From the IMG/VR virus record IMGVR_UViG_3300021091_005158, positions 6,070 to 70,069 of that record: 64,000 nt of DNA. One strand, 5' to 3'. The translations under genes were made by a program, and so were the position numbers. Below, one piece after another: positions 18,976 to 28,602 of this stretch. Numbering within the stretch: position 1 is the stretch's first letter; every line of letters begins with the position of its first letter. Under the pieces are notes generated by a model, which saw only the letters and a list, made by a program, of their open reading frames with translations, was not told the DNA's origin and did not search any database. This DNA comes from a virus.

Positions 18976-20271
18976 ATGTACTATATAGTCGAAACTATAG
19001 AACAATTAAAACATCTTCCAAAAACAAATCAATGTTTTATAGATCTAGTTTCACTTTCCGAAGAAACCCACCCACTACTAACATCTCCATGCGTCCTGTA
19101 TTATAACGATTTTAAAAAAGGATACATTTTTCCTATAAACCATTCTGAAGGGTTTTCCTTAAGTCTTGACGATATACAAAATTTAATTTTTGATATTAAA
19201 AAAGTATATTTACTAGATAAAAAATGGCATTCTTATTTTTTTCATATTCCGCAAGGAATAGATCTGTATTTTAATATCCTAGATAAAGCAGGAGAAATAA
19301 AAGATCTCCAATTTAATACACCCGTACATCTTGACTTTTATAATAAGTTTAAATATAAAGAGCAAGTAAATACTCTTATACCTATTTCAAAGCATTATGA
19401 AAAGAGTGAATCTATATTTGAAACAGTTAAGAGCTATGTAGGATCTGAAAACGATCAGAAATGGCAAAATGAGTATGTCGAAGCCTATAAATGGGTAGAA
19501 GAACAAGGTATAACAGTAAATGAACGGGTATTTGATAAGTTTTTTGAACCTACATGGAAGGCTAGATCTTTTAAAGATAATAGAATCTATACAAGCTACA
19601 ACCTTTATAATATTACTTCTAGACCTACTAATGCTTTTAATGGAATTAATTTTCTTGCTTTAAATAAAGAAAATGGTTCTAGAGCAAGTTTTATACCTCA
19701 AAATGATATCTTAATTGAATTTGATTTTGATGGTTATCACATAAGGTTAATAGCTAACATGTTAAACGTACCGCTTCCCTCTGACGAATCTATACATGTA
19801 ATACTAGGTAAGCAATACTTCGGAAAGCAAGAACTATCACCTGAAGAGTACCAAGAATCTAAGAAAATAACCTTCAGGCAACTCTATAACGGAATCGAAG
19901 AGAAATATAAAAATATAGAGTTGTTTTTTAAGGTTGATCAGTTACTAGAAGCAGTATGGGTAAAATATAAAAGAAATAGTTTTTTAGAACTACCAAATAA
20001 AAGAAAATTAAAGATAGAGAATGCTAACCCGCAAAAACTTTTTAATTACTATGTTCAATGCCTAGAAACTGTTAATAACGTAAAAAAGCTAAATGATTTA
20101 CGTATATTATTCAAAGGTAAAAAAAGCAAAGTAATTTTAATAGTTTACGACTCAATTCTTGTTGACTATTCAACTGAGGACGGAAAAGGATTTCTAAAGC
20201 AAATAAAAGAAGTGCTAGAACAAGATGGATATAGGGTTAAAGCACAAAAAGGATACAACTATAACTTTTAG
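18976..20271 (+). CDS. Compact family-A DNA polymerase paralog (431 aa)
   Basis: TSRPTNAFNGINFLAL (cf. TGRLSSSDPNLQNIP), EFDFDGYHIRLIANML (motif A, DYSQIELR-like), KKITFRQLYNG (O-helix-like) and VYDSILVDY (motif C, HDE-like), with Pol I-like spacing. Confidence 0.5.
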   Translation: MYYIVETIEQLKHLPKTNQCFIDLVSLSEETHPLLTSPCVLYYNDFKKGYIFPINHSEGFSLSLDDIQNLIFDIKKVYLLDKKWHSYFFHIPQGIDLYFNILDKAGEIKDLQFNTPVHLDFYNKFKYKEQVNTLIPISKHYEKSESIFETVKSYVGSENDQKWQNEYVEAYKWVEEQGITVNERVFDKFFEPTWKARSFKDNRIYTSYNLYNITSRPTNAFNGINFLALNKENGSRASFIPQNDILIEFDFDGYHIRLIANMLNVPLPSDESIHVILGKQYFGKQELSPEEYQESKKITFRQLYNGIEEKYKNIELFFKVDQLLEAVWVKYKRNSFLELPNKRKLKIENANPQKLFNYYVQCLETVNNVKKLNDLRILFKGKKSKVILIVYDSILVDYSTEDGKGFLKQIKEVLEQDGYRVKAQKGYNYNF

Positions 20272-20292
20272 AAGTAATTATAGATATTTATT

Positions 20293-20712
20293 ATGGCATA
20301 CATTGAATTAACGCAGGAACAATTGAAAAATAAGTTATTTTGTACGTTTTCTCCTAAAAACAAGCTAGAAGATACATTAGCTATAATCCAGAAAGAGTAC
20401 TCAATAATGTACAGTAAGATCTTTGTGCTTGAATCTTATGATTCTGAAGAGCTTCTGTGTACTTATAATATTGAAGTTGAAAATTCCACTACAAAAGTTT
20501 TACCTAATACAATTCTTTTACATCGAAAGAAAGAGACAAATACGTTATATACTATTAACAGTCTTAATCTTCTTATAAAATCACTTAACGAAGGTGTACT
20601 TGATATATCATTTAGAATAAACTGGAATGATTTCAGAAATACTGTCCTCCTTTCTCAAGGCGACGAACTTAAAAAGCTTTCCACAAAGATTCACAAAATA
20701 ATCAATCTATAA
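20293..20712 (+). CDS. Hypothetical protein
   Basis: ORF only; no recognizable motif. Confidence 0.25.
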   Translation: MAYIELTQEQLKNKLFCTFSPKNKLEDTLAIIQKEYSIMYSKIFVLESYDSEELLCTYNIEVENSTTKVLPNTILLHRKKETNTLYTINSLNLLIKSLNEGVLDISFRINWNDFRNTVLLSQGDELKKLSTKIHKIINL

Positions 20713-20778
20713 GTTGTTAGTTTGAGGACCTTTTCTTATATTCTCATTTAAACCTATTTTTAATTAAAACTATAAGTT

Positions 20779-21582
20779 ATGGGTATGGATTTAGGCGCAA
20801 TTAAGTCTAAACTAACCGCCTTGCAAAATCAAAGGCAAAGCGGTCAAAAGAGAGATATGTCTCTTATTTTATGGAAACCGTCAATAGGTAAGCATGTTGT
20901 CCGTATTGTTCCGGCTTTATGGGATAAATCAAATCCTTTTAAAGAGGTAATGTTCCATTACGGTATTGGAAACAAGGTAATGCTAGCCTTAACTAACTAC
21001 GGGGAAAAGGATCCTATTGTAGAGTTTTCCAAACAGCTTGCTTCTAGCGGCGATAAAGAGAACTGGATTATGTCTCGTAAATTAGAACCAAAGATGCGTG
21101 TATTTACTCCTGTTATCGTACGCAGCGAAGAAGAAAAAGGTGTACGCCTTTGGGAATTCGGCAAGCAAATTTATGCTGAATTATTAAGTCTAGCTGATGA
21201 TCCTGATATCGGAGACTTTACTGACATTATTCAAGGCCGCGATATAACTATCGAAACCACCGGGCCTGAAACTAACGGTACTTCTTTTAACCAATCGAAA
21301 GTACGAGTACGTACAAAAACAACACCACTATCTGAAGATTCAAAAGAGGTAGAGAAGTGGCTAGCAAATCAACCGGATTTATTTAGTAGTTTCAGGAAGT
21401 ATAGCTACGAAGATATGAAAGAAGCCCTACTTGGATGGTTGAATCCAGAAGAAACCTCTGAAGAGCTTCCTCCTACCGCTAAACAGGAAGCTACACCTCC
21501 TGCAAAACCAAGCTCTCTTTCTCTAAATACTCCAAAGGCTAAACCTAGCATTGACGAAGAATTCGATGATCTATTTAAGTAA
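20779..21582 (+). CDS. Putative ssDNA-binding protein with acidic C-terminal tail
   Basis: C-terminus ...SIDEEFDDLFK resembles the acidic interaction tails of SSBs (gp32-like); lies immediately upstream of the recombinase gene. Confidence 0.3.
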   Translation: MGMDLGAIKSKLTALQNQRQSGQKRDMSLILWKPSIGKHVVRIVPALWDKSNPFKEVMFHYGIGNKVMLALTNYGEKDPIVEFSKQLASSGDKENWIMSRKLEPKMRVFTPVIVRSEEEKGVRLWEFGKQIYAELLSLADDPDIGDFTDIIQGRDITIETTGPETNGTSFNQSKVRVRTKTTPLSEDSKEVEKWLANQPDLFSSFRKYSYEDMKEALLGWLNPEETSEELPPTAKQEATPPAKPSSLSLNTPKAKPSIDEEFDDLFK

Positions 21583-21588
21583 ATATTT

Positions 21589-22665
21589 ATGGTTAAACTA
21601 GCTAAAGCCTCGTTAAACGAAAGTATAGCGGGAGCTGTTAAAGGTACTTTTAATTTAGAAAAGTTTATTCAATCTAAAAATCTTTCAAGTACCTCAATAA
21701 AAATGAAAGAGCAAACTTGGATTCCTTTATCAAAGGCTTTTCAAGACTGTCTTTCTATCCCCGGTATTCCGGTTGGGCATATCTCGTTGCTACGTGGACA
21801 TTCAGATACTGGTAAGACTACTGCTCTTTTAGAAGCTGCAGTTAGCGCTCAAAAGACTGGTATCTTACCTGTATTTATTATTACTGAGATGAAATGGAAT
21901 TGGGATCATGCTAAGCAAATGGGACTTGTATTCGAAGAAGTCCCTAACGAGGAAGGTGAGGTTGCTGATTACAAAGGGTTTTTTATTTATATAGATAGAG
22001 AAAGACTAAATACTATCGAAGATGTAGCAGCATTTATTGCAGATCTTCTTGATGAACAAAAGAAAGGTAATCTACCCTACAACTTACTGTTTCTTTGGGA
22101 TTCAGTAGGATCTATTCCTTGCCGTTTATCAGTCGAGTCTAATAAAAATAATAATGAGTGGAATGCAGGTTCTATGTCACAGCAGTTTGGTAATTTTATC
22201 AATCAAAAGATTGTTTTATCACGCAAACAAAGCCAACCTTATACTAATACTATGCTTGCGGTTAATAAAATCTGGGTTGCTAAAGCTGAGAATATTATGG
22301 CCCAGCCTAAGATGAAAAATAAAGGCGGTGATACAATGTATTTTGATGCTTCTCTAATTATTACTTTTGGTAATGTAACTAATTCAGGAACTAATAAGAT
22401 TAAAGCAACTAAGAACGGAAAGGACGTTGAATTTGCTAAACGTACTAAAATAAGTTGCGATAAGAATCACGTAAATGATGTTACATCTACTGGACGGGTA
22501 ATTATGACTGCTCATGGCTTTATTGATGATACAAAACAAGCAATTGATGCTTATAAGAAGCAATATTCAAAAGATTGGCTTAAAACTCTTGGCTCTAAAG
22601 ATTTCGATGTAATTATTGAAACTGACGAAGATAACAAAGACGTTTTTGATCCTACTGAAGAATAG
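21589..22665 (+). CDS. RecA-family recombinase/ATPase (UvsX/Sak4-like)
   Basis: Walker A GHSDTGKTT and Walker B-like FIYIDRE; RecA-fold length. Confidence 0.5.
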   Translation: MVKLAKASLNESIAGAVKGTFNLEKFIQSKNLSSTSIKMKEQTWIPLSKAFQDCLSIPGIPVGHISLLRGHSDTGKTTALLEAAVSAQKTGILPVFIITEMKWNWDHAKQMGLVFEEVPNEEGEVADYKGFFIYIDRERLNTIEDVAAFIADLLDEQKKGNLPYNLLFLWDSVGSIPCRLSVESNKNNNEWNAGSMSQQFGNFINQKIVLSRKQSQPYTNTMLAVNKIWVAKAENIMAQPKMKNKGGDTMYFDASLIITFGNVTNSGTNKIKATKNGKDVEFAKRTKISCDKNHVNDVTSTGRVIMTAHGFIDDTKQAIDAYKKQYSKDWLKTLGSKDFDVIIETDEDNKDVFDPTEE

Positions 22666-22690
22666 CTTATGTTCGGTTTGAATTAAAGTT

Positions 22691-24088
22691 GTGACAAGAA
22701 TAAACTTAGGTATACCACCTAAAGAACTAACAAATAAGCATCTTATTGCTGAACATAGAGAGTTAAAACGTATACCGAACGTTGTAGCTAAAGGTAGATT
22801 TAATCTTAGTAGTATACCTCAAGAATTTAGCTTAGGAAAAGGTCATGTATCTTTTTTCTACGATAAATTAGGGCATTTAAAAGAGAGGTATATTGAATTA
22901 TACAACGAATGCATATCAAGAGGATTTAATGTACAGAATTACTTAAAGTCATGGGACTGTATACCTCAAGAGTTAATGAACGGTTATACGCCTACCGAAA
23001 AAGATATTCATATAATACGTGAAAGGATAGCGGACAGGCTTGCAAATCCAATCGCAAAACAAAAAAAAATGGACTACAGGAAAATCTTTGAACAGATGGA
23101 GAAGCAAGAGCCGGTAGAGTTACATAAGAATAGTAGAGTACTTATTGTTGATTCTTTAAATACTTTCCTTCGTAGCTTTACAGCTATTAGTCATATCAAT
23201 CTAAGCGGGGCACATATCGGAGGTTTAGGGGGATTTTTAAAATCTATAGGGTCTCTGATAAAACAATTGCATCCGACAAGAGTTATTTTAGTGTTTGACG
23301 GACAAGGGGGGTCTACTAACAAGAGATATCTTTATCCAGAGTATAAAGCTAATAGACATATTACAAAAATTTCTAATTGGGATGCTTTTGACGACCAAGA
23401 AGAGGAGTCAGAATCGATAACTGCTCAAATAGTACGTCTAATTGATTATCTCAAATGTCTCCCTGTTGATCTCGTAGTCGTAGATAAAATTGAAGCTGAC
23501 GACGTAATAGGCTTCTTAACAGGGAAATTTAAAGATAAAGTATTTATTATATCGACTGATCAAGATTACCTCCAATTGGTAAAGAAAGATGTTACTGTTT
23601 TCAGTCCAGTAAAGAAAATTATTTACAACCCATATCAAGTCCTGACCGATTACGGTATACCACCCCATAACTTTTTAACCCATAAAATTATAGTAGGGGA
23701 TAAAGGAGATAACGTACCTGGGGTAAGAGGTATAGCAGCAAAAACCCTTATAAAATTATTTCCTGCGATTGCAACTGAAGATAGATTTACTATAGAGGAA
23801 CTGATAAAGGAGTGCGAAGGAAAAGATAAGAAGTATGCTAACATTTATAACTTCAGAAATCAACTTCTTATAAATAAACAGTTAATGGACTTAGAGAATC
23901 CAAATATTCCCGATTCCGATAAGTTAGCTCTTGAAAATATTGTTGCAAATCCTAAAAATAATTTCGACCCTAATTGTTTTGTAAGATTATACAAAGAAGA
24001 TCAGCTAGGAAAAACATTGCTAAATCCTCAATTATGGCTTAATGAAACTTTTGCAAAATTAATTCAATATAAGTTAAAAGATCAATAA
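22691..24088 (+). CDS. Fusion protein: T4 endonuclease V-like pyrimidine-dimer DNA glycosylase (N-terminal) + 5'-3' flap endonuclease (FEN/RNase H-like)
   Basis: GTG start. MTRINLGIPPKELTNKHLIAEHRELKRIP...GKGHVSFFYDKL...RGFN tracks T4 DenV (MTRINL...HLMAEYRELPR...GAGHVTFFYDKL...RGFN). Continues in frame into VLIVDSLNTFLRSF... and HhH-like FEN motifs. Confidence 0.6.
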   Translation: MTRINLGIPPKELTNKHLIAEHRELKRIPNVVAKGRFNLSSIPQEFSLGKGHVSFFYDKLGHLKERYIELYNECISRGFNVQNYLKSWDCIPQELMNGYTPTEKDIHIIRERIADRLANPIAKQKKMDYRKIFEQMEKQEPVELHKNSRVLIVDSLNTFLRSFTAISHINLSGAHIGGLGGFLKSIGSLIKQLHPTRVILVFDGQGGSTNKRYLYPEYKANRHITKISNWDAFDDQEEESESITAQIVRLIDYLKCLPVDLVVVDKIEADDVIGFLTGKFKDKVFIISTDQDYLQLVKKDVTVFSPVKKIIYNPYQVLTDYGIPPHNFLTHKIIVGDKGDNVPGVRGIAAKTLIKLFPAIATEDRFTIEELIKECEGKDKKYANIYNFRNQLLINKQLMDLENPNIPDSDKLALENIVANPKNNFDPNCFVRLYKEDQLGKTLLNPQLWLNETFAKLIQYKLKDQ

Positions 24089-24107
24089 AAGATTGTTATA
24101 TTAGAAT

Positions 24108-25481
24108 ATGAGTGTTTTAAATCAGCTGAACCAGTACGGCGTAAGCTTTCAAATAAAAGTCCTATCTAGTCTTCTTAAGCATAGAGAATTTCTGCTTAGT
24201 ATATTCGATATTCTCGAAGAAGACTATTTCGATAATCCAGCTCATAAATGGATTGTAGAGGAAATTTTAAAATACCATTATAAATTTCATACTACACCAA
24301 CACTAGATGTATTAACTGTAGAAATAAAAAAAATTGAAAATGAAATACTGAAAGTATCTGTAATTGAGCAATTAAAAGAGGCTTATAAAGCATCAAACGA
24401 AGATAGAGATTTTGTTGAGCAAGAATTTTCTAACTTCTGCAAAAATCAGCAGTTAAAAAAAGCATTACTATCATCTGTTGAATTACTCGAAAAAGGTCAA
24501 TATGATGATATTCGTTACCTTATTGATACTGCCCTTAAGGCGGGTCAAGATAAAAATATTGGCCACGAGTATGAAAAAGATGCTGAGACTCGTTATAGAA
24601 CGGAAGAGAGAAGCCCTCAACCTACTCCATGGGAGCATATAAACGGGCTACTACAGGGCGGATTAGGTTCAGGGGATTTAGGTATTATATTCGGCAATCC
24701 CGGAGGGGGTAAGAGTTGGATGCTCGTAGCTTTAGGAGCAATGATAGTTTCAAGCGGAGGGACTGTAGCTCACTATACTCTCGAACTTTCAGAAACATAT
24801 ATGGGTAAAAGATATGACTCTATATTTACTGGTATAAGAATTCAGGATCTTTACTTACATAGAAAAGAAGTAGATGAAGCAGTCAGCAAACTGCCCGGTA
24901 AACTTATTATCAAAGAATTTACTATGGGTAAAGCATCTATATCTACTATTGAGAGTCATATTCAGAAACTTACTGATCTAGGAAACAGACCTAATCTCAT
25001 TATTATTGACTATGTTGATCTTTTGAAATCAAAAAGAAAATCAGTTGAGAGAAAAGACGAAATAGACGATATTTATGTTTCAACTAAAGCCTTGGCTAGA
25101 GATTTAAAGATTCCTGTTTGGACCGTATCTCAAGTAAATCGAGCTGGCGCAAAAGATGATGTAATAGAAGGAGATAAGGCTGCTGGTAGTTATAATAAAA
25201 TAATGATTGCAGACTTTGCGATGTCCTTGTCTAGGAAGAGGTTAGATAAAGTTAACGGTACAGGTAGAGCACATATTATGAAAAACCGTTATGGAGGGGA
25301 CGGTATGACATATCCTGTAAAAATTAATACTGAAAATGGGAATATCGAGATACAATCACGTGAGATGGGCGAAGAAGAGTTTGTTCAGGAAGGTGCTGCA
25401 GTACCTATGAAGCCTGTTACTAGATTTAGTGCAGAAGAACGAAATTTTTTACAGCAAAGGTTTTTTGAATTAGGGAAATAA
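24108..25481 (+). CDS. DnaB-family replicative helicase
   Basis: Walker A GIIFGNPGGGKSW; IIDYVDLL; SQVNRAGAKDD (H4 arginine-finger region). Confidence 0.75.
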   Translation: MSVLNQLNQYGVSFQIKVLSSLLKHREFLLSIFDILEEDYFDNPAHKWIVEEILKYHYKFHTTPTLDVLTVEIKKIENEILKVSVIEQLKEAYKASNEDRDFVEQEFSNFCKNQQLKKALLSSVELLEKGQYDDIRYLIDTALKAGQDKNIGHEYEKDAETRYRTEERSPQPTPWEHINGLLQGGLGSGDLGIIFGNPGGGKSWMLVALGAMIVSSGGTVAHYTLELSETYMGKRYDSIFTGIRIQDLYLHRKEVDEAVSKLPGKLIIKEFTMGKASISTIESHIQKLTDLGNRPNLIIIDYVDLLKSKRKSVERKDEIDDIYVSTKALARDLKIPVWTVSQVNRAGAKDDVIEGDKAAGSYNKIMIADFAMSLSRKRLDKVNGTGRAHIMKNRYGGDGMTYPVKINTENGNIEIQSREMGEEEFVQEGAAVPMKPVTRFSAEERNFLQQRFFELGK

Positions 25482-25509
25482 GCTATTTATTATTACAAAA
25501 GTTATTACT

Positions 25510-25725
25510 ATGAATATTGCTGAATTATACGTTGAAAAGAGAACTCCCCTAGCACCTCCTGCTAATCAGACAACTTATGAGCAGTTTGTATTTAACATGG
25601 AAAGAAACGGTACTAACGACCTAGTAGAAAGAGATATGGTCGATCCTACCTTTCGCCCTCCGCAAGCTTCTGATAGCTATCAAGCCCAAAGATTTCAAAA
25701 AGGACTTAATTCCAATTTGAGCTAG
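25510..25725 (+). CDS. Hypothetical protein
   Basis: ORF only. Confidence 0.25.
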   Translation: MNIAELYVEKRTPLAPPANQTTYEQFVFNMERNGTNDLVERDMVDPTFRPPQASDSYQAQRFQKGLNSNLS

Positions 25726-25815
25726 TATTAATGATCACAGTTACGATTTTGACGGTATCGTAAGATAACCGATAGAATTACTTATCTTTAAAATTATAAA
25801 AAAAAAGAGTAAAAA

Positions 25816-27672
25816 ATGGATATTTCCCGGAGTATCTTAAGTGACATTACCGTGTATATGAAATACGCGAAATTCAATCAAGAGCTAAAAAAAAGAGAGA
25901 CCTGGCGTGATTTAGTTGATAGAAATAAGCAAATGCACTTAAAAAAATTTCCTAAGTTAAAAAAGGAAATTGAAGATGCTTACATTTTTGTTTATAATAA
26001 AAAGGCTTTACCTTCAATGCGCTCTATGCAGTTTGCTGGCAAGCCTATTGAAATTAGCCCTAATCGTATATATAATTGTGCTTACTTACCTATAGATGAT
26101 TGGCGTGCTTTTGGCGAAACGATGTTCTTACTTCTTGGCGGTACTGGAGTAGGCTACTCTGTACAAAAACATCACGTCGATAAACTACCTGAGATTAGAA
26201 AACCTGACCCTAAAAAACATCGCCGTTTTTTAATTGGTGATAGTATTGAAGGTTGGGCTGATGCTGTTAAGGTATTAGTGCGAACTTACTTCGAAGGCGG
26301 ATCCACACCGGTATTTGATTTTTCTGATATAAGACCTAAAGGCACACAATTAATTACATCTGGTGGTAAAGCGCCTGGCCCTCAACCTCTAAAAGAATGT
26401 TTACTTAAGATTCAAGGAGTTTTAGATAGCAAGGAGGATAACGAAAAATTAAATCCTATCGAGGTTCACGATATTGTATGTCATATAGCAGATGCAGTAC
26501 TAACAGGGGGTATCCGTAGAGCTGCTTTAATTAGCCTTTTTAGCGCCGACGATGAAGACATGATTGCTGCCAAGTCTGGTGCATGGTGGGAACGCCATCC
26601 TCAAAGAGGTCGCGCTAATAATTCTGCTGTACTTTTACGTAGCAAGGTTACTGAAGAGTTTTTTACAGCACTCTGGGATAAAATTAAAGCATCGGGAGCT
26701 GGCGAGCCCGGGATTTATTTTAGCAACGATAAAGATTGGGGAACTAACCCGTGCTGTGAAATCGCTTTGCGTCCTTATCAGTTTTGTAACTTATGCGAAG
26801 TAAACGTTTCTGACGTTAATGATCAAGAAGATCTAAACCAAAGAGTTAAAGCAGCAGCATTTATAGGTACCCTGCAGACTTCTTACACCAATTTTCACTA
26901 CTTACGTCCTGTATGGCAGCGTACGACTGAAAAAGACGCATTAATTGGAGTAGGTATGACGGGGATAGGTTCGGGTGCGGTACTGAAATTAGACCTCAAA
27001 CAAGCAGCTCAGGTCACAAAAGAAGAAAATGAAAGAGTTGCTAAGCTGATCGGTATTAATCCTGCTGCAAGATGTACTACTATCAAACCCTCCGGTACCT
27101 CTTCCTTAACCCTAGGGACATCAAGCGGTATTCATGCATGGCACAATGATTACTATATTCGTAGGGTTCGTGTAGGTAAGAATGAAGCTATTTACTCATA
27201 CCTTTCAATCTATCATCCAGAGCTTGTTGAAGACGAGTATTTTCGTCCTCACGATACAGCAGTAATTTCTGTTCCTCAAAAAGCACCTGAAGGATCTATC
27301 TTACGTCATGAATCGGCTTTGCAATTGCTAGAAAGAGTTAAATTTTTCTATCAGCACTGGATAAAACCCGGTCATAGAACTGGACAGAATACTCATAATA
27401 TCTCAGCAACAGTTTCAATTAAGGATAACGAATGGGATGAAGTAGGCAAGTGGATGTGGCAAAATCGCAAATTTTACAACGGATTATCAGTACTTCCATT
27501 TTCTGATCATACCTACAAACAAGCACCTTTTCAAGATTGTTCAAAAGAACAATACGATGAACTTATAAAGAGTTTGAATGATATTGACTTATCAAAGGTA
27601 GTAGAATTTTTTGATACTACAAATCTTATGGGAGAGTTAGCATGCGCAGGAGGGGCTTGTGAAATCGTATAA
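25816..27672 (+). CDS. nrdJ: Class II (adenosylcobalamin-dependent) ribonucleotide reductase
   Basis: Active-site NPCCEIAL (the N-x-C-x-E of RNR) and GGTGVGYS; a monomeric NrdJ-like length with no glycyl-radical motif. Confidence 0.65.
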   Translation: MDISRSILSDITVYMKYAKFNQELKKRETWRDLVDRNKQMHLKKFPKLKKEIEDAYIFVYNKKALPSMRSMQFAGKPIEISPNRIYNCAYLPIDDWRAFGETMFLLLGGTGVGYSVQKHHVDKLPEIRKPDPKKHRRFLIGDSIEGWADAVKVLVRTYFEGGSTPVFDFSDIRPKGTQLITSGGKAPGPQPLKECLLKIQGVLDSKEDNEKLNPIEVHDIVCHIADAVLTGGIRRAALISLFSADDEDMIAAKSGAWWERHPQRGRANNSAVLLRSKVTEEFFTALWDKIKASGAGEPGIYFSNDKDWGTNPCCEIALRPYQFCNLCEVNVSDVNDQEDLNQRVKAAAFIGTLQTSYTNFHYLRPVWQRTTEKDALIGVGMTGIGSGAVLKLDLKQAAQVTKEENERVAKLIGINPAARCTTIKPSGTSSLTLGTSSGIHAWHNDYYIRRVRVGKNEAIYSYLSIYHPELVEDEYFRPHDTAVISVPQKAPEGSILRHESALQLLERVKFFYQHWIKPGHRTGQNTHNISATVSIKDNEWDEVGKWMWQNRKFYNGLSVLPFSDHTYKQAPFQDCSKEQYDELIKSLNDIDLSKVVEFFDTTNLMGELACAGGACEIV

Positions 27673-28258
27673 TAATTTTGTACATTATATATGGGTTGGC
27701 GATAAAGATATTCCTGAACGTTTTATTAAGAATTATAATAGAGCTAAAGAATCGAATACAGGATACAATTTCGAAATCTGGACTGAGGATAAGTTGATCC
27801 CGATTCTTGGAGAGTTTAGCAATTTATTTTTATCCTCTACGGTTTTCCATAAGCTACAGCTTGCAAAGTATTTAGTATTAAATTATAAAGGCGGTATCTG
27901 CTGTGATTTTGATATAGAATGGAAAGCGAATTTCGATTCAGTTTATAGTCTTTTTGATAATTGTAATTTAATTTTCGTCCGAAGGAATAGCTACTATTCT
28001 TACACCCCCCCTAAAAAGATATATCTTTTAGATGATTATGTTATCTTAGCTAGACCTGGATTAACTAAAAAATATATAGAGTATTGTTTAGCTCGTACTA
28101 ATTTAAGAGAAGATCAGGCTGAACCATTCAGCGTATACGCACTTACTGAGTGGTGTTTAAGTAGAGATGATGTTAAATTTTTTGATAGCAGTCAGATCTA
28201 CGATGATCAAAACTGTAGCCTCGCTTATCACTATAATCAAAGAACATGGGTTAAATAA
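27659..28258 (+). CDS. GT32-like glycosyltransferase fragment-sized protein (Gly_transf_sug DXD motif)
   Basis: LAKYLVLNYKGGICCDFD matches the conserved LRY..L..YGGIY.D.D motif of OCH1-type sugar transferases. Confidence 0.45.
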   Translation: MKSYNNFVHYIWVGDKDIPERFIKNYNRAKESNTGYNFEIWTEDKLIPILGEFSNLFLSSTVFHKLQLAKYLVLNYKGGICCDFDIEWKANFDSVYSLFDNCNLIFVRRNSYYSYTPPKKIYLLDDYVILARPGLTKKYIEYCLARTNLREDQAEPFSVYALTEWCLSRDDVKFFDSSQIYDDQNCSLAYHYNQRTWVK

Positions 28259-28290
28259 GCTTAGAGTTAGTTTTCTCGCTATTTATTAAC

Positions 28291-28578
28291 ATGAGTCTCC
28301 TTGATTTATTCAGAAAAAGTAGGTTAAAGATTAATACCCCTGATGGTAACAAACCTACCCCATATCAAGACGGAATATTAAAATTAAGGAATATAAAATT
28401 CCCAGCAAATATTTCACCAGGCACAAACTTTGATCAATATATAAGGTACGAAGAGACAGGCGCTGTCGCTGGGTCACCAGCTCCTGTAGAAGTTACATAT
28501 TATATGGTTACGGAAATAGATCACTTTTTAATGACTGAAAACGACGATAATCTAATAACAGGTACTAATATAGAATAG
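28291..28578 (+). CDS. Hypothetical protein
   Basis: ORF only. Confidence 0.25.
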   Translation: MSLLDLFRKSRLKINTPDGNKPTPYQDGILKLRNIKFPANISPGTNFDQYIRYEETGAVAGSPAPVEVTYYMVTEIDHFLMTENDDNLITGTNIE

Positions 28579-28602
28579 TATAAGTTAAACTAATAGCTAA
28601 AA

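Noticed and set aside
26564-26803. 79-aa + strand ORF in an alternative frame inside the RNR gene
   Set aside because: Fully internal to nrdJ in another frame; no independent signal.
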